Source: a virus (Duplodnaviria > Caudoviricetes). From it: a stretch of 64,000 nucleotides of DNA. The notes beneath the pieces are model-generated. The model ran no database searches. It was given only the letters and a program-made list of their open reading frames with translations, and was not told the DNA's origin. Of the stretch, positions 1 through 9,764 are shown one piece after another; the stretch's first letter is position 1, and every line of letters starts with the position of its first letter. Both the position numbers and the translations under genes were made by a program. The stretch is taken from positions 128,001 through 192,000 of IMG/VR virus record IMGVR_UViG_3300043177_000122; one strand, written 5' to 3'.

Positions 1-868
1 GAATACCAAACATCCAGTTAGAATTGGCAGTATTATCTTCATTAATTTGAATTCTAACCTCATCTCTATCTTTAAAGGCGTTTCTATATGTGTTGAAGAT
101 ATCTCTTTTCATAGCCAGTATCTGTTGCAAATAATCTAATTGACCATATAAAATTGCTGCTTGTATATTAGTCATACGATAATTGTAACCCAATTCTTGA
201 TGAATAAATCTAGTAGATGATTGTCCTTGCCCTTGTAATATCTTAGCGTATTCGTAAGCTTCTTGCGAATCTGTTACGAAAGCTCCACCTTCACCACTAG
301 TAATATTTTTGTTTCCAAAAAATGAAATAGCAGAAGCAAAACCGGCTCGTCCAGTCGCTAGGCCACCATAACCGCCTAAGAATCCTTCACAATTATCTTC
401 GACAAAATAAGTAGTAGGATATTTTAATTTTAGAGCGGGAACGTTAATGACATTTCCAATGTTATGTACAATCAGTACATCAGCATCTGGATAATCTTTA
501 AGTGCAGCGTCTAACTGGTCTAAATCAATATTCCAAGTGTGCAAGCTAGCATCTATTGGAATTAGATGATATTTCTGATCAAACAAAAAAGCATTCCAGG
601 CCGCTACATAAACATTATTTGGAACAATGATTTTTCTTTTAGTGTTATTTTCTGGAGGATGCGCTTTGTATAGAGTTTTAGCCATGAGATGACAAGCACT
701 TGTTCCATTATTAAGAGGTATTACATATGGTGTATGCAATAAATCTTGAAGTCGTTCAGTGACTAATGGTAAGTATTTGCCCTGTGAGGATATCCAAGTG
801 GAATCCAATGCATCATGAGCGTATTTTAAAGAATCAGGTGGTAGATATGGTTTGTAGACTGGAATCAT
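1..868 (-). CDS. DegT/DnrJ/EryC1/StrS-family PLP-dependent sugar aminotransferase (runs off window edge)
   Basis: Not in ORF track. Manual translation from ATG at 868: MIPVYKPYLP...EDNCEG...SFFGNKNITSGEGG...GYNYRMTNIQAA; open frame to position 1. Confidence 0.9.
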   Translation of the reverse strand, partial: MIPVYKPYLPPDSLKYAHDALDSTWISSQGKYLPLVTERLQDLLHTPYVIPLNNGTSACHLMAKTLYKAHPPENNTKRKIIVPNNVYVAAWNAFLFDQKYHLIPIDASLHTWNIDLDQLDAALKDYPDADVLIVHNIGNVINVPALKLKYPTTYFVEDNCEGFLGGYGGLATGRAGFASAISFFGNKNITSGEGGAFVTDSQEAYEYAKILQGQGQSSTRFIHQELGYNYRMTNIQAAILYGQLDYLQQILAMKRDIFNTYRNAFKDRDEVRIQINEDNTANSNWMFGI

Positions 869-869
869 G

Positions 870-1175
870 TTAGTACGTCTTATGTTGGTCTTGGATAAAT
901 TGCCCGTTATTTAAGTCTTCGCCTTTAGTGGCAGCAGAAACTACTTCTGCTATTTTTTTATCAACTTCTAGAATCATAGCTTGTCTTTGAACATTTAAAT
1001 CCATTGATTTTTTGAATGCATTGAAAAGTTTTAGCATTCCTTCTTCTGATCCATAAGCTGCCTTAAATTCCTCGAAGGTCATTTTACGAACAATATAAAG
1101 CTCTTCTTGGGCCAAAAACATTTTTTGATTGACAGTTGCTAATTTATCTATTAGAGATCCGATTGTATCAGCCAT
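870..1175 (-). CDS. hypothetical protein in glycan operon
   Basis: 101 aa ORF tightly packed in operon. Confidence 0.7.
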   Translation of the reverse strand: MADTIGSLIDKLATVNQKMFLAQEELYIVRKMTFEEFKAAYGSEEGMLKLFNAFKKSMDLNVQRQAMILEVDKKIAEVVSAATKGEDLNNGQFIQDQHKTY

Positions 1176-1181
1176 ATTACC

Positions 1182-1868
1182 TCACACTGTTATGCCGCCG
1201 TCAACTACTATAGATTGGCCTGTAACAAATTTAGAAGCATCAGATAAAAGAAATTCAATCACAGAATTTACATCATCAACAGTTGCTAAACGACCAAGTG
1301 GTGTTCTTCTAGTGATTTGTTCTTTCTGTCTAGCATCTAGCGATTTAGACATATCCGTTTCCATATACCCCGGCAAAACAGAATTAATTCTAAATCCCTT
1401 AGGACCCAGTTCCCTAGCTAAACTTCTTGTCATTCCATCTAATCCGCTTTTAGTAGCAGCATAAGTGGCTAAGCCTGCATAGCCTCTGACTGCTATAATA
1501 GATGAAACGTTGACAATAGTTCCTGGTTTTCGAGCTTTTAATCTTTCTCTAATGTATCTTTTAGTTAAAATAAGGGTAGAAATCAAATTAACTTGAACTA
1601 ATTCCGTAATAGATTCTTCTCCTTGCGTAGCTAATAGACCATCAAATGCAATAGCGGCATTATTAACTAAACAGTCTGCATTTTTAAAGAATGAATCTAA
1701 CAGACCAAATGTACTAGGATCTTTGAAATTTACTCCGCTAATATGTGTAAATAATTTACTATCAGATTCTGAACGAGCACATCCTATAATAGAGTGTCCC
1801 TGTTTGGCTAAATATTCTGCCGTAGATTTACCAAGTCCTCGACTTGTACCAGTTATAATAATATTCAT
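1182..1868 (-). CDS. SDR family oxidoreductase, FabG-like (3-oxoacyl-ACP reductase-like)
   Basis: TGTSRGLG, NNAA, YAATK, RINSVLPG, VTGQSIVVDGG motifs. Confidence 0.9.
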   Translation of the reverse strand: MNIIITGTSRGLGKSTAEYLAKQGHSIIGCARSESDSKLFTHISGVNFKDPSTFGLLDSFFKNADCLVNNAAIAFDGLLATQGEESITELVQVNLISTLILTKRYIRERLKARKPGTIVNVSSIIAVRGYAGLATYAATKSGLDGMTRSLARELGPKGFRINSVLPGYMETDMSKSLDARQKEQITRRTPLGRLATVDDVNSVIEFLLSDASKFVTGQSIVVDGGITV

Positions 1869-2857
1869 CTTTTAATCTTATTAGCTGATGTCAGCTCTAT
1901 TGTAGTTACCTGTGTTATTTGAAGAGGCACAGCATATTTAGGCAGTTTTTGAGTTAGCAATAATTTCAGACTTCTAGGGTCAATATCTCCTACATATTCT
2001 AGCCCGACTATTTGCCCTAGTAGTTGATTTGCGATAGGAAATGCACGACATTGCTTGATCTGAGGAATGCTATTAACAGTATTTTCAACTTCAGTTTGCG
2101 TAGTTTTAGCGCCGCCCACATTGATAACCTCAGTATCACGACCTATGAAATAAGCTCGACCATTTTCATATTTCCACATATCACCATTTTCTAAACGTGG
2201 CATTTTATCTTCCGGGAAGCCCTCTAAACCGTCACTACAAGAACAAAGATCACCAGATTCGGTTGTTGCATAAATGTGAGTTATTCGTGCATTAGGAAAT
2301 AATGTTTTAGCATCGTCTAATATTTTTTGTGTGGCGTATTCTCCACCAAATGTAATCTGTTTAAGAGGAGCTTTTTGAAATCTATCTGAATCAGCAATCA
2401 TCATTTTTCTAAATAATGATGGTGTCAAACTAATATGTGTAACCTGATCAATACAGTTAAGCATATTATTAATTGATAGGTCTTCCGGAATAACTAGTTT
2501 GGCATTTGTCTTCATACAATGAATTATTACCGATAGACCTGCCCACCTAGCCGGATTATAAGTTAATAACCATATATCTTGTTCACTACCTTTACCTTTT
2601 TTGTTTTGGTAAATTTGTTCAAAGTCTTTCCAAATTAATTTAGGAATTCCGGTTGTACCAGAAGTACGCAAAGCTATGCTTCCACCAGAAGGAAGAGATT
2701 CTACAAAATGGGCTTCTTTACATTCAACAATCCAATCAAATCCAGGAGCTGGCTCTGTTGATAAAGCAATATTATTGTTAATATTCAATAATGATATTAA
2801 CTTTTGTACCTCTGCAATAAACTTGCCTTCTTTACCAATCCAACATTTATAGTTCAT
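1865..2857 (-). CDS. AMP-binding (acyl-CoA/acyl-ACP ligase-like) adenylation enzyme
   Basis: TSGTTGIPK P-loop, YATTE, GD, GR..INVGG.K motifs. Confidence 0.85.
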   Translation of the reverse strand: MNYKCWIGKEGKFIAEVQKLISLLNINNNIALSTEPAPGFDWIVECKEAHFVESLPSGGSIALRTSGTTGIPKLIWKDFEQIYQNKKGKGSEQDIWLLTYNPARWAGLSVIIHCMKTNAKLVIPEDLSINNMLNCIDQVTHISLTPSLFRKMMIADSDRFQKAPLKQITFGGEYATQKILDDAKTLFPNARITHIYATTESGDLCSCSDGLEGFPEDKMPRLENGDMWKYENGRAYFIGRDTEVINVGGAKTTQTEVENTVNSIPQIKQCRAFPIANQLLGQIVGLEYVGDIDPRSLKLLLTQKLPKYAVPLQITQVTTIELTSANKIKR

Positions 2858-3111
2858 AATTTTTGACTCTTATATAATAATTCAGCAAGCTGTGAAACAG
2901 TACGAACGTTCCTCCAGTCAATGCCATCTTCATTAACCTTACTACTAACAAATGTTTCACCAGCTAACATAATAGAAGCAAAATCTAGACTATCAATACC
3001 TAAATCTAGAATGACACTATCCCCACTGATTTCATTTCTGTTTATCTTTCCAAGAGAGACATCCTCAATTACTAATCTCAAATAGTTAATAATATCACTT
3101 AGCGATTTCAT
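2854..3111 (-). CDS. acyl carrier protein
   Basis: 85 aa acidic protein with LGIDSLD phosphopantetheine-attachment motif. Confidence 0.85.
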   Translation of the reverse strand: MKSLSDIINYLRLVIEDVSLGKINRNEISGDSVILDLGIDSLDFASIMLAGETFVSSKVNEDGIDWRNVRTVSQLAELLYKSQKL

Positions 3112-3661
3112 AAAATTCTTTCTCCAATGCTAATAATCGTTCCTTATTTCTTTTACCAATTAGACGCATTGGGTTGCCAGCGACTACGGTAAATTCTGGA
3201 ACTGTTTTGTTGACAAAACTTAGCGCCCCAACAGAGCAGCCGGTTTCGAGCGTAAGGTTAGGCATGATAACCGAACCACATCCGATTATAACGTGTTTCT
3301 GTAGTAAAACGGGGCCTCCCATAACTTTTTTGAATCTATCAGGAATAGTTGGATTAGTCATCCAACCTTCAGAATAGTCATCAGTAGTTGTAAAAATGTT
3401 AACTCGTGAAGAAATTCCAACAAAATCTTCTATAGTAATTGGTGCACCACCTGCGCCCAATTGTGTGTAAAGAGAGATATGTATATTATTACCTATACGA
3501 ATAGTATTTTGAGCAGAGAAAAAACAAAATGCATCAATGCGAACATTATCTCCAATGTGAACATTTTGTGGATTTAGAATGCGAACTGAAGAATCAATGC
3601 GTACATTTTTACCGCAACTTCCTAATTTAGCTAAATCTTCTTCTGTATGAAAATCAGACAT
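3095..3661 (-). CDS. left-handed beta-helix sugar N-acyltransferase (AntD/QdtC/VioB-like)
   Basis: Hexapeptide repeats; NP..I.IGDNVRID.FC, DDYS...NPTIP, VIIG.GSVI, VAGNP. Start moved to ATG 3661. Confidence 0.85.
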   Translation of the reverse strand: MSDFHTEEDLAKLGSCGKNVRIDSSVRILNPQNVHIGDNVRIDAFCFFSAQNTIRIGNNIHISLYTQLGAGGAPITIEDFVGISSRVNIFTTTDDYSEGWMTNPTIPDRFKKVMGGPVLLQKHVIIGCGSVIMPNLTLETGCSVGALSFVNKTVPEFTVVAGNPMRLIGKRNKERLLALEKEFYEIAK

Positions 3662-4574
3662 GCAAACTCTCCTCAATCAAATTTTCCACAGCATGATGTG
3701 CTGTTACAGTACTTACAGTGATTTTGGACGTATAATGAATAGTGTCTCTAAACTTATCTCCTAACCAAAAGGTATTCTCTTTTGCTGGTATCATATTAGA
3801 GAAGCAAACATGTTTTTTGGGCTTTCCGAATAAATTATCTTGAATAAAAGAGAATGTATAAGCGCCCGATGCCCTACCAACTATAACATCACAATACGTA
3901 CTAACAAATCCATTTTCATTTAAATCGAAACCATTTTTACCGATGATAGCCGATGAATATATAATGTTAGAATGTTGTGATTGGTTAAACTGACTTTCAT
4001 GATTGGTAAGTATAAATAGTTTATCTTGGTGCTTTGAAGCTAGGCTAATTACAATTGGTAATAGTGGGAAATTATCTGCCTGCCCCGAGAGTGCATTACC
4101 ATTTGCAATTAATACTTTCATTCCGGGTCTTTTTTCCAAAAAATCTTTTGCAGATCCAATATGATACTTAGTGAAATCTATTTGAGGAAACCACTTGGTA
4201 GGATCTGACTCAATTTCTGATAATGTGAAATTAAAATAGTTCTTGCAAATTTCATCAAACATAACATACAAGCAATCAAATGTGATTCCATATGTGTTCA
4301 TATAATAGAAGCGGCGCTGAGCATACCAAGTATTAATGAACATAGTATCTCCCCTTACAAACACTCCTTCATGTTCATGCCAGTTAAGCGGAATTACATT
4401 ATATCCTAAGTCAGGTATGTCGGCAATACAGTTAGAATTATTCTTATGAGAGTATGAAATATTTACATCTGGAAATCTATGTTTAAAAGCAAGAGATAGT
4501 TTTCTAACAAACTCTCTAGATACATGTATGTCTCCATTGTGAAAATGGTTATAGAAAACTATATTTTTATACAT
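3654..4574 (-). CDS. putative glycosyltransferase-like protein
   Basis: 306 aa; N-terminal HFHNGD motif and late VIVGRASG motif resemble GT-B enzymes; operon context. Confidence 0.45.
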   Translation of the reverse strand: MYKNIVFYNHFHNGDIHVSREFVRKLSLAFKHRFPDVNISYSHKNNSNCIADIPDLGYNVIPLNWHEHEGVFVRGDTMFINTWYAQRRFYYMNTYGITFDCLYVMFDEICKNYFNFTLSEIESDPTKWFPQIDFTKYHIGSAKDFLEKRPGMKVLIANGNALSGQADNFPLLPIVISLASKHQDKLFILTNHESQFNQSQHSNIIYSSAIIGKNGFDLNENGFVSTYCDVIVGRASGAYTFSFIQDNLFGKPKKHVCFSNMIPAKENTFWLGDKFRDTIHYTSKITVSTVTAHHAVENLIEESLHV

Positions 4575-5137
4575 TATAAACTCGAAGCAGGAATAGTGAG
4601 ATAAGGCTCTGGCACAACATCAGCCATCGTATAGTTACGAACACCAGAATTATGAACATGATAAGTTCTAATGGATTTACTTGGGTTACTAACAGCATAG
4701 CCCGCTTTATGAAACTCATAGGCTATTCTATTGTCGCAACCTCTGGTGCCCAAAGTAAAATCACCAAACACACCTTCTACTTTACCTTTGAAAATCCAGG
4801 TATCTTGACTGTCGGGCCTATCAAAGAAACGCACAAAAGCATCATTGCCTAACCAATCCCAACGACTTAATGCGTATAGTTGTTTTGGTTTTATGTTTTC
4901 AACTAGCACAATAGTTTCATCAAAAAAAATATCTGAATTACAGATGATATTGATGTCATCTTCAGTAGACACTTTATTAATCTGATCAAAAAAGAATTGA
5001 TAAGTCGGCTTACTAGATGATTCGCAAATGATTGTAGTAATCAATTTGTTGTTCAAGTTTCTTTGTAAACACATATCAATTTCTCGTTTACGTAATGGAT
5101 GTTTGTCTTCGTAGTAATTATAGAATAATCTTATCAT
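4574..5137 (-). CDS. putative GT-A-like protein
   Basis: NSDIFFD (DxD-like), DSQDTWIF, GCDNRIAY; operon context. Confidence 0.45.
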   Translation of the reverse strand: MIRLFYNYYEDKHPLRKREIDMCLQRNLNNKLITTIICESSSKPTYQFFFDQINKVSTEDDINIICNSDIFFDETIVLVENIKPKQLYALSRWDWLGNDAFVRFFDRPDSQDTWIFKGKVEGVFGDFTLGTRGCDNRIAYEFHKAGYAVSNPSKSIRTYHVHNSGVRNYTMADVVPEPYLTIPASSL

Positions 5138-5138
5138 C

Positions 5139-6095
5139 TTACACCAAATGTATTAAGTTAGTTATGTGTAGTAACTCTATAACCCTAGAAGTAAATGTAT
5201 GTTCTTTTAGGACTCTTTGATAGCCATTCATACCAACTTGTTTAGCAATATCTGGATTTGCTTTACAGTAGTTAACAATATCTACAATCTCTCTAGTTGA
5301 ACGTACTGTGAAAATTTCCTTACCTTCAATAAAGTAACTTTCTACTCCTGGAAAGTGCCAAGAAATTGTGGGGCGGCCAGATGCCATACAAGCCAATAAC
5401 CTATCTGAGAAATAGTGTGATACATTATTGAAGTTGCTTATACTTAGAGTACATATACTTTGATTATAAATATCATTAGATAGTGATGGGTCAACTGTTG
5501 GTGCAGGCGGTATATAACCAGAGCCAAAAATACCAAAACGAGTACCAAAGTTACTTCGTAGGGTATCAACTACTCCTACTCTTAAACTACCATCTGGAAA
5601 AGTGTGACCATAATTATTAGCCAAGAAGCTTATATCATATTTAAAATCTGTTAGATTTTTAGGATAGTGGGTCCTAGGGTTATATCCAATTTGCCAATAT
5701 TTAACATTGTGACATCCAGATTGTTTATACATGTCCAACTGGCCAGTGCTTGAAATTAGTGAGTAATCAACTACACTAGAGGTACCAGTAAATTGAGCTT
5801 GTGCCTGAGCCCTTACATCTCCGGTCCAATTAGTAATAACTACACCAGGCACAATATTACGAGCCTCTTGTATAATACTGGCATCCATAATACCGGTAAA
5901 TTGAAGTTGCATATGAATTAAATGTGGCTGTAATGTTCTTACTTTTGAAAGAAACTCATGTGAAACAGTACCTTTACTACGAGTTCTATCCCATAGTCCA
6001 CAAAAATCAAATACATCTAATTTGGCCCCAATATTTTCAAAAGCTTCTATCATGCCGGGCTGATGTCCAATTGGTAGATAAAGAACTCTTAACAT
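5139..6095 (-). CDS. glycosyltransferase, CgeB/DUF3880-like
   Basis: YDISFLAN, YFSDRLLACMASG, VLKEHTFTSRV C-terminal GT-B motifs. Confidence 0.8.
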   Translation of the reverse strand: MLRVLYLPIGHQPGMIEAFENIGAKLDVFDFCGLWDRTRSKGTVSHEFLSKVRTLQPHLIHMQLQFTGIMDASIIQEARNIVPGVVITNWTGDVRAQAQAQFTGTSSVVDYSLISSTGQLDMYKQSGCHNVKYWQIGYNPRTHYPKNLTDFKYDISFLANNYGHTFPDGSLRVGVVDTLRSNFGTRFGIFGSGYIPPAPTVDPSLSNDIYNQSICTLSISNFNNVSHYFSDRLLACMASGRPTISWHFPGVESYFIEGKEIFTVRSTREIVDIVNYCKANPDIAKQVGMNGYQRVLKEHTFTSRVIELLHITNLIHLV

Positions 6096-7885
6096 TAGAT
6101 ACCTACCAATTTCTGGACGGCCTCAACTAGGCTTGCATTATAGGTTTCATTGAATTTTGCTTGAGTTTTTGGAATTTCATTCATAAAAGTATTTATTGCT
6201 TTGTTAATATTTTCTGGTGCAGGATATGTAGAATTATTCTGAGCAATCATAACAGATCCAATCAAATTAAGAAAAGCTTGATTGTTAGTAATTATTGGTA
6301 ACGATAAAGCCCCCGCCAATTTCAAAATACCAGACATATAATAAGTATTTGTGGATATGTCAATAACTGCTTTTGCACCCATCAATAAATTAGAGATACT
6401 GGTAAAAGAAACAGTATCAGAAACAAACTCTGCAAATGTTGGTAGCTTGACACGGGTGCCGACAATGATTAACGTGCCAAAACGTTCCTCCCACAAATTC
6501 AATAAAAGTCTTGTAATATTTTCATCCTTTTCAAAATACAAAAAGTAATCATACTTGAAAGCCTGTACATTAAGCATTGGCCATGGCTTATCGACTCGAA
6601 GTACATTGGCTTCAGGAATAGATTTCAAAATTTCTTGTGCATTAATTAGAGATGGTGTTAGTATAGTTTTGCAGCTTCTTAATTTGTCAATATGTTGTTG
6701 AGTTAAGTTGCCATGAAACCATTCATCAACCCAAACTCTATCTCCGCTAACTAAAGTATCTAGTGAACACATAATAACATTAGGTGCGTCTAGAGATTTT
6801 TTAAATTCAGCCATTGCAATGGCTTTAGAAGATACAGAAATGTTTGGAAAGAATGGTGCAATTTTTCTCATCCAAAGTCTAGAGCTTGGAGAATTTGGTA
6901 AAATGATTCCCGAGTTTTGGAAGGTTGCTGGCGGCTCAAATACATCTGTTGTAATGAGCGCGAATTCTTTACTATTACGCAATACTTGAAAATTCAACGA
7001 ATCTGGCGTAGGCTCTGTATAATTGTTTGAAGTGTAAAAACTTGGAACACCTGGATGTTGTAGTCCCTCAGCCACTATACGAGAGTGCATTGGTGGCCGA
7101 GGAGATGCGGTAAGAACCGTTGGTACTCCAGTATTTTGAATGTTAGAAACAAAAGTTGAGGGAATGTTTGGCGAACCAAAATGGAAATTAGGCGCAGATG
7201 GCGGTTGAACAACTACTGCGGGTTGAGCACCAACATATGGTAACATTAACCCGCTTTCATTTTTGACAGCAAACCAAATTCTTCTTTTAAAAAGGCTTGT
7301 GCTATTATCATTTTGTGAGGCCCAGTCGTATTTATATTCTCCGGAATTAAACTTTGGATTATCAAATCTCTTAAAACTCATACCACAATTAGTAAGAATG
7401 TGCTCAACATAAGCTGCGCTAGGGCGACAACCCGAACCATTATAGGCCAAATCATAAACTTCTTTGCCCTCTTGTATGGTGACCATTTTTTCAGGATCCT
7501 CTGAATCTAAAACGGCAGTTTCTAAAACCAGATATGTAGTTGAAGAACAAACAGCTTTTAAATGCTCTTCAATTGATGATAAATGACAAATCAAACCCAA
7601 ATCTAGAACCATATCGAATTTAGATCCGAAGAATGGCCATGGCCCCTCTAAGTTTGCTCGGACAACTTTAACACCAGGAAACTTCTTTGATACTACTTTA
7701 AGATGGTCTTGTCTAGCATCTACTGCGGTTATTTCTGCGCCTAAACGGTATAAAGTGCCACTTAAATCAGCATACCCACAACCTAGATCAGCTATTTTCT
7801 TGCCATAAAAGAATTTATAACCATAGTGGTCAACAATACCTTTAATACGCTTTTGGTTCCAATCGAAATATTTTCCGTCAAACAT
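6095..7885 (-). CDS. class I SAM-dependent methyltransferase fused to a second, degenerate GT-like domain
   Basis: IADLGCGYA motif I, AVDAR, FDMVLDLGLICHL in N-terminal ~210 aa; Pro-rich linker; C-terminal ~290 aa domain. Confidence 0.7.
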   Translation of the reverse strand: MFDGKYFDWNQKRIKGIVDHYGYKFFYGKKIADLGCGYADLSGTLYRLGAEITAVDARQDHLKVVSKKFPGVKVVRANLEGPWPFFGSKFDMVLDLGLICHLSSIEEHLKAVCSSTTYLVLETAVLDSEDPEKMVTIQEGKEVYDLAYNGSGCRPSAAYVEHILTNCGMSFKRFDNPKFNSGEYKYDWASQNDNSTSLFKRRIWFAVKNESGLMLPYVGAQPAVVVQPPSAPNFHFGSPNIPSTFVSNIQNTGVPTVLTASPRPPMHSRIVAEGLQHPGVPSFYTSNNYTEPTPDSLNFQVLRNSKEFALITTDVFEPPATFQNSGIILPNSPSSRLWMRKIAPFFPNISVSSKAIAMAEFKKSLDAPNVIMCSLDTLVSGDRVWVDEWFHGNLTQQHIDKLRSCKTILTPSLINAQEILKSIPEANVLRVDKPWPMLNVQAFKYDYFLYFEKDENITRLLLNLWEERFGTLIIVGTRVKLPTFAEFVSDTVSFTSISNLLMGAKAVIDISTNTYYMSGILKLAGALSLPIITNNQAFLNLIGSVMIAQNNSTYPAPENINKAINTFMNEIPKTQAKFNETYNASLVEAVQKLVGI

Positions 7886-7918
7886 GCTTGTCCAATCCTA
7901 ATCATTATTAGATTTTAT

Positions 7919-8665
7919 TCACAGTGAAGGGTCATTGAACGGAATAAAACACGGTTTCACCCTGCTCATATAGGCGTAACAATTTTTTTGAAATTTAGTC
8001 AAATTTTCTTGGTGTTGTTTAGTTTTAAATTCACGATACTCTCCCACATCTAAATCCCCTTCACCAAAATGAGAGCCTTTGCCAGGAAGGTATCCAATTT
8101 CCCAACCAGCCATTCTAGCTCGGAAATACCAATCAGCGTCTTCTTCGCCATATAAACCATAATCTAATGTGAAGAATCCAATCTTTTTATGCAAATCACG
8201 ATGAAAAACTGAGCAGGCTGTACCTAAATTACCATCAGATTTCTTTTGGAATGATTTGCCATTTCTAGTAACTAGTGGATATTCGGTTCCTTCAAAGTTA
8301 ATTCCAATTGCTAATCTAGGATTGTCTTTGATTAAATCAATACATTGACGTAACCAATCATAATGAACGTCAATATCATTATCTATAGTACATAGATACT
8401 CTGCTTCTGGTACCAATTTATCTGCTAATTGAAGGCCTTGATTTCTTCCCACTGCAATTCCTCTGTTTTCTTTGTTAAAATGTAGTGTAATCTTTGCAGT
8501 ATTTTCTTTAACCATTTCTGTTAGCCATTCTTGAGTTCCATCAGTAGATCCATTATCTACAATTATTAAATGATAAGTACCAATTGTATTTGGAAAGAAA
8601 CTATTAAGCATTCTTTTGGTTAAATCGAGGCGGTTATAAGTAACCATCATAATAGCAGTTGTCAT
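7919..8665 (-). CDS. glycosyltransferase family 2
   Basis: VTYNR, IVDNGSTDGT, DND (DxD), YGEEDADW motifs. Confidence 0.9.
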   Translation of the reverse strand: MTTAIMMVTYNRLDLTKRMLNSFFPNTIGTYHLIIVDNGSTDGTQEWLTEMVKENTAKITLHFNKENRGIAVGRNQGLQLADKLVPEAEYLCTIDNDIDVHYDWLRQCIDLIKDNPRLAIGINFEGTEYPLVTRNGKSFQKKSDGNLGTACSVFHRDLHKKIGFFTLDYGLYGEEDADWYFRARMAGWEIGYLPGKGSHFGEGDLDVGEYREFKTKQHQENLTKFQKNCYAYMSRVKPCFIPFNDPSL

Positions 8666-8672
8666 GGTATCT

Positions 8673-8680
8673 CATATATC
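8673..8680 (-). promoter_or_regulatory. GATATAT motif 8 nt upstream of glycan-operon ATG
   Basis: Reverse strand GATATATG-agatacc-ATG(8665); same spacing as six + strand copies. Confidence 0.6.
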
Positions 8681-8727
8681 TTGATCACGATAGAATGCGA
8701 ATTTCGGCATATAGAAAAGGAAATGTT

Positions 8728-9117
8728 ATGTCATACAGCGAAAAAGTAATTGACCACGCAGAAAACCCACGAAATGTTGGTACATTGGATAAGGATGACC
8801 CAAATGTTGGTACAGGTTTGGTTGGGGCTCCAGCTTGTGGTGATGTTATGCGCCTCCAAATTAAAGTGGATCCTGTAACCGATACCATTATAGATGCTAA
8901 ATTCAAAACTTTTGGTTGTGGTTCTGCCATTGCCGCATCATCATTAGCAACTGAGTGGATCAAGGGTAAAAGCATTGATGAAGCAGAGGCTTTAAAAAAT
9001 TCTGCTATAGTAGAAGAGTTAAGTTTGCCACCAGTCAAGATACATTGCTCAATTCTTGCGGAAGATGCTATTAAGAGTGCCATAGCAGATTTTCGAAAAA
9101 AACAGTCTCAGAAATAA
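8728..9117 (+). CDS. iscU: Fe-S cluster scaffold protein IscU
   Basis: YSEKVIDH..NPRNVG, GAPACGDVMRLQIKV, FGCGSAIA, LPPVKIHCS; start at ATG 8728 with AAGGA upstream. Confidence 0.95.
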   Translation: MSYSEKVIDHAENPRNVGTLDKDDPNVGTGLVGAPACGDVMRLQIKVDPVTDTIIDAKFKTFGCGSAIAASSLATEWIKGKSIDEAEALKNSAIVEELSLPPVKIHCSILAEDAIKSAIADFRKKQSQK

Positions 9118-9184
9118 TGCATTATTCCGTATTACAATACGGAGCAATGTATGTTAGGAAAAGACTGGAAAATAGTTAAATGGA

Positions 9185-9568
9185 TTGATAACTTCAATCA
9201 CTTTTAGACCAAAAGAAACATCACTAGAGAAGATTGCAAGACAAGCTTTAGAAGAGTTGGGTATAAAATTTAAAAGCAAATTCTGGATCAATATCAAAGG
9301 CTATTCTCCCAAAGAATATGATTTCTATATTCCGAGCTTAAATCTCTTACTAGAAATCGATGGGGAATATTGGCACTCATTACCTAAAAATGTAAAGAAT
9401 GATAAATACAAAGATGAACTAGCTAAGATTGCAGGATACAAACTTCTTCGTATCCCAGAAAAGTTAGTACTTGTCGATTTGATTAAAAAATCCATAAAGA
9501 AAGAGGAAGTTAATGGCAATGATAATTCTGGGCCAGAGTTGTTGCCCACTATGCAGCAAAATACTTGA
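9185..9568 (+). CDS. DUF559/Vsr-like PD-(D/E)XK endonuclease domain, 5' end probably decayed
   Basis: YDFYIPSLNLLLEIDGEYWH...D..KD...GYKLLRI; only a TTG start. Confidence 0.7.
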   Translation: MITSITFRPKETSLEKIARQALEELGIKFKSKFWINIKGYSPKEYDFYIPSLNLLLEIDGEYWHSLPKNVKNDKYKDELAKIAGYKLLRIPEKLVLVDLIKKSIKKEEVNGNDNSGPELLPTMQQNT

Positions 9569-9764
9569 AAAGGGAGATGAGTTAAAGGCATATCCAGCTT
9601 TCTTGCCTCAAGATCATCGTTTTGGAAAATTTTCTGGTGCTGCCTTCCATAAAACATGTGCCGAAGCAGATCCTGATTTTACTAGCGTAGAGGATATGTT
9701 TTATGTGTACAAAAAAAATTATGGATGGCCGCCCAAGATTGGCCGCCTAAAAATGGAGTGGTGA
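9513..9764 (+). CDS. hypothetical protein (CPLC, FHKTC)
   Basis: 83 aa ORF with GGAAG upstream. Confidence 0.55.
   Translation: MAMIILGQSCCPLCSKILEKGDELKAYPAFLPQDHRFGKFSGAAFHKTCAEADPDFTSVEDMFYVYKKNYGWPPKIGRLKMEW

Noticed and set aside
9118-9184. TAG read-through extending the DUF559 gene upstream
   Set aside because: The extension crosses two TAGs without reaching an ATG or RBS and gives no recognisable sequence; decay is more likely.
9700-9764. Frameshift fusion of 9513-9764 and 9725-9943 at the A8 run, with a TGGCCGCCYAA direct repeat
   Set aside because: No reading of the run gives a fusion I can support by motif; left as two ORFs.
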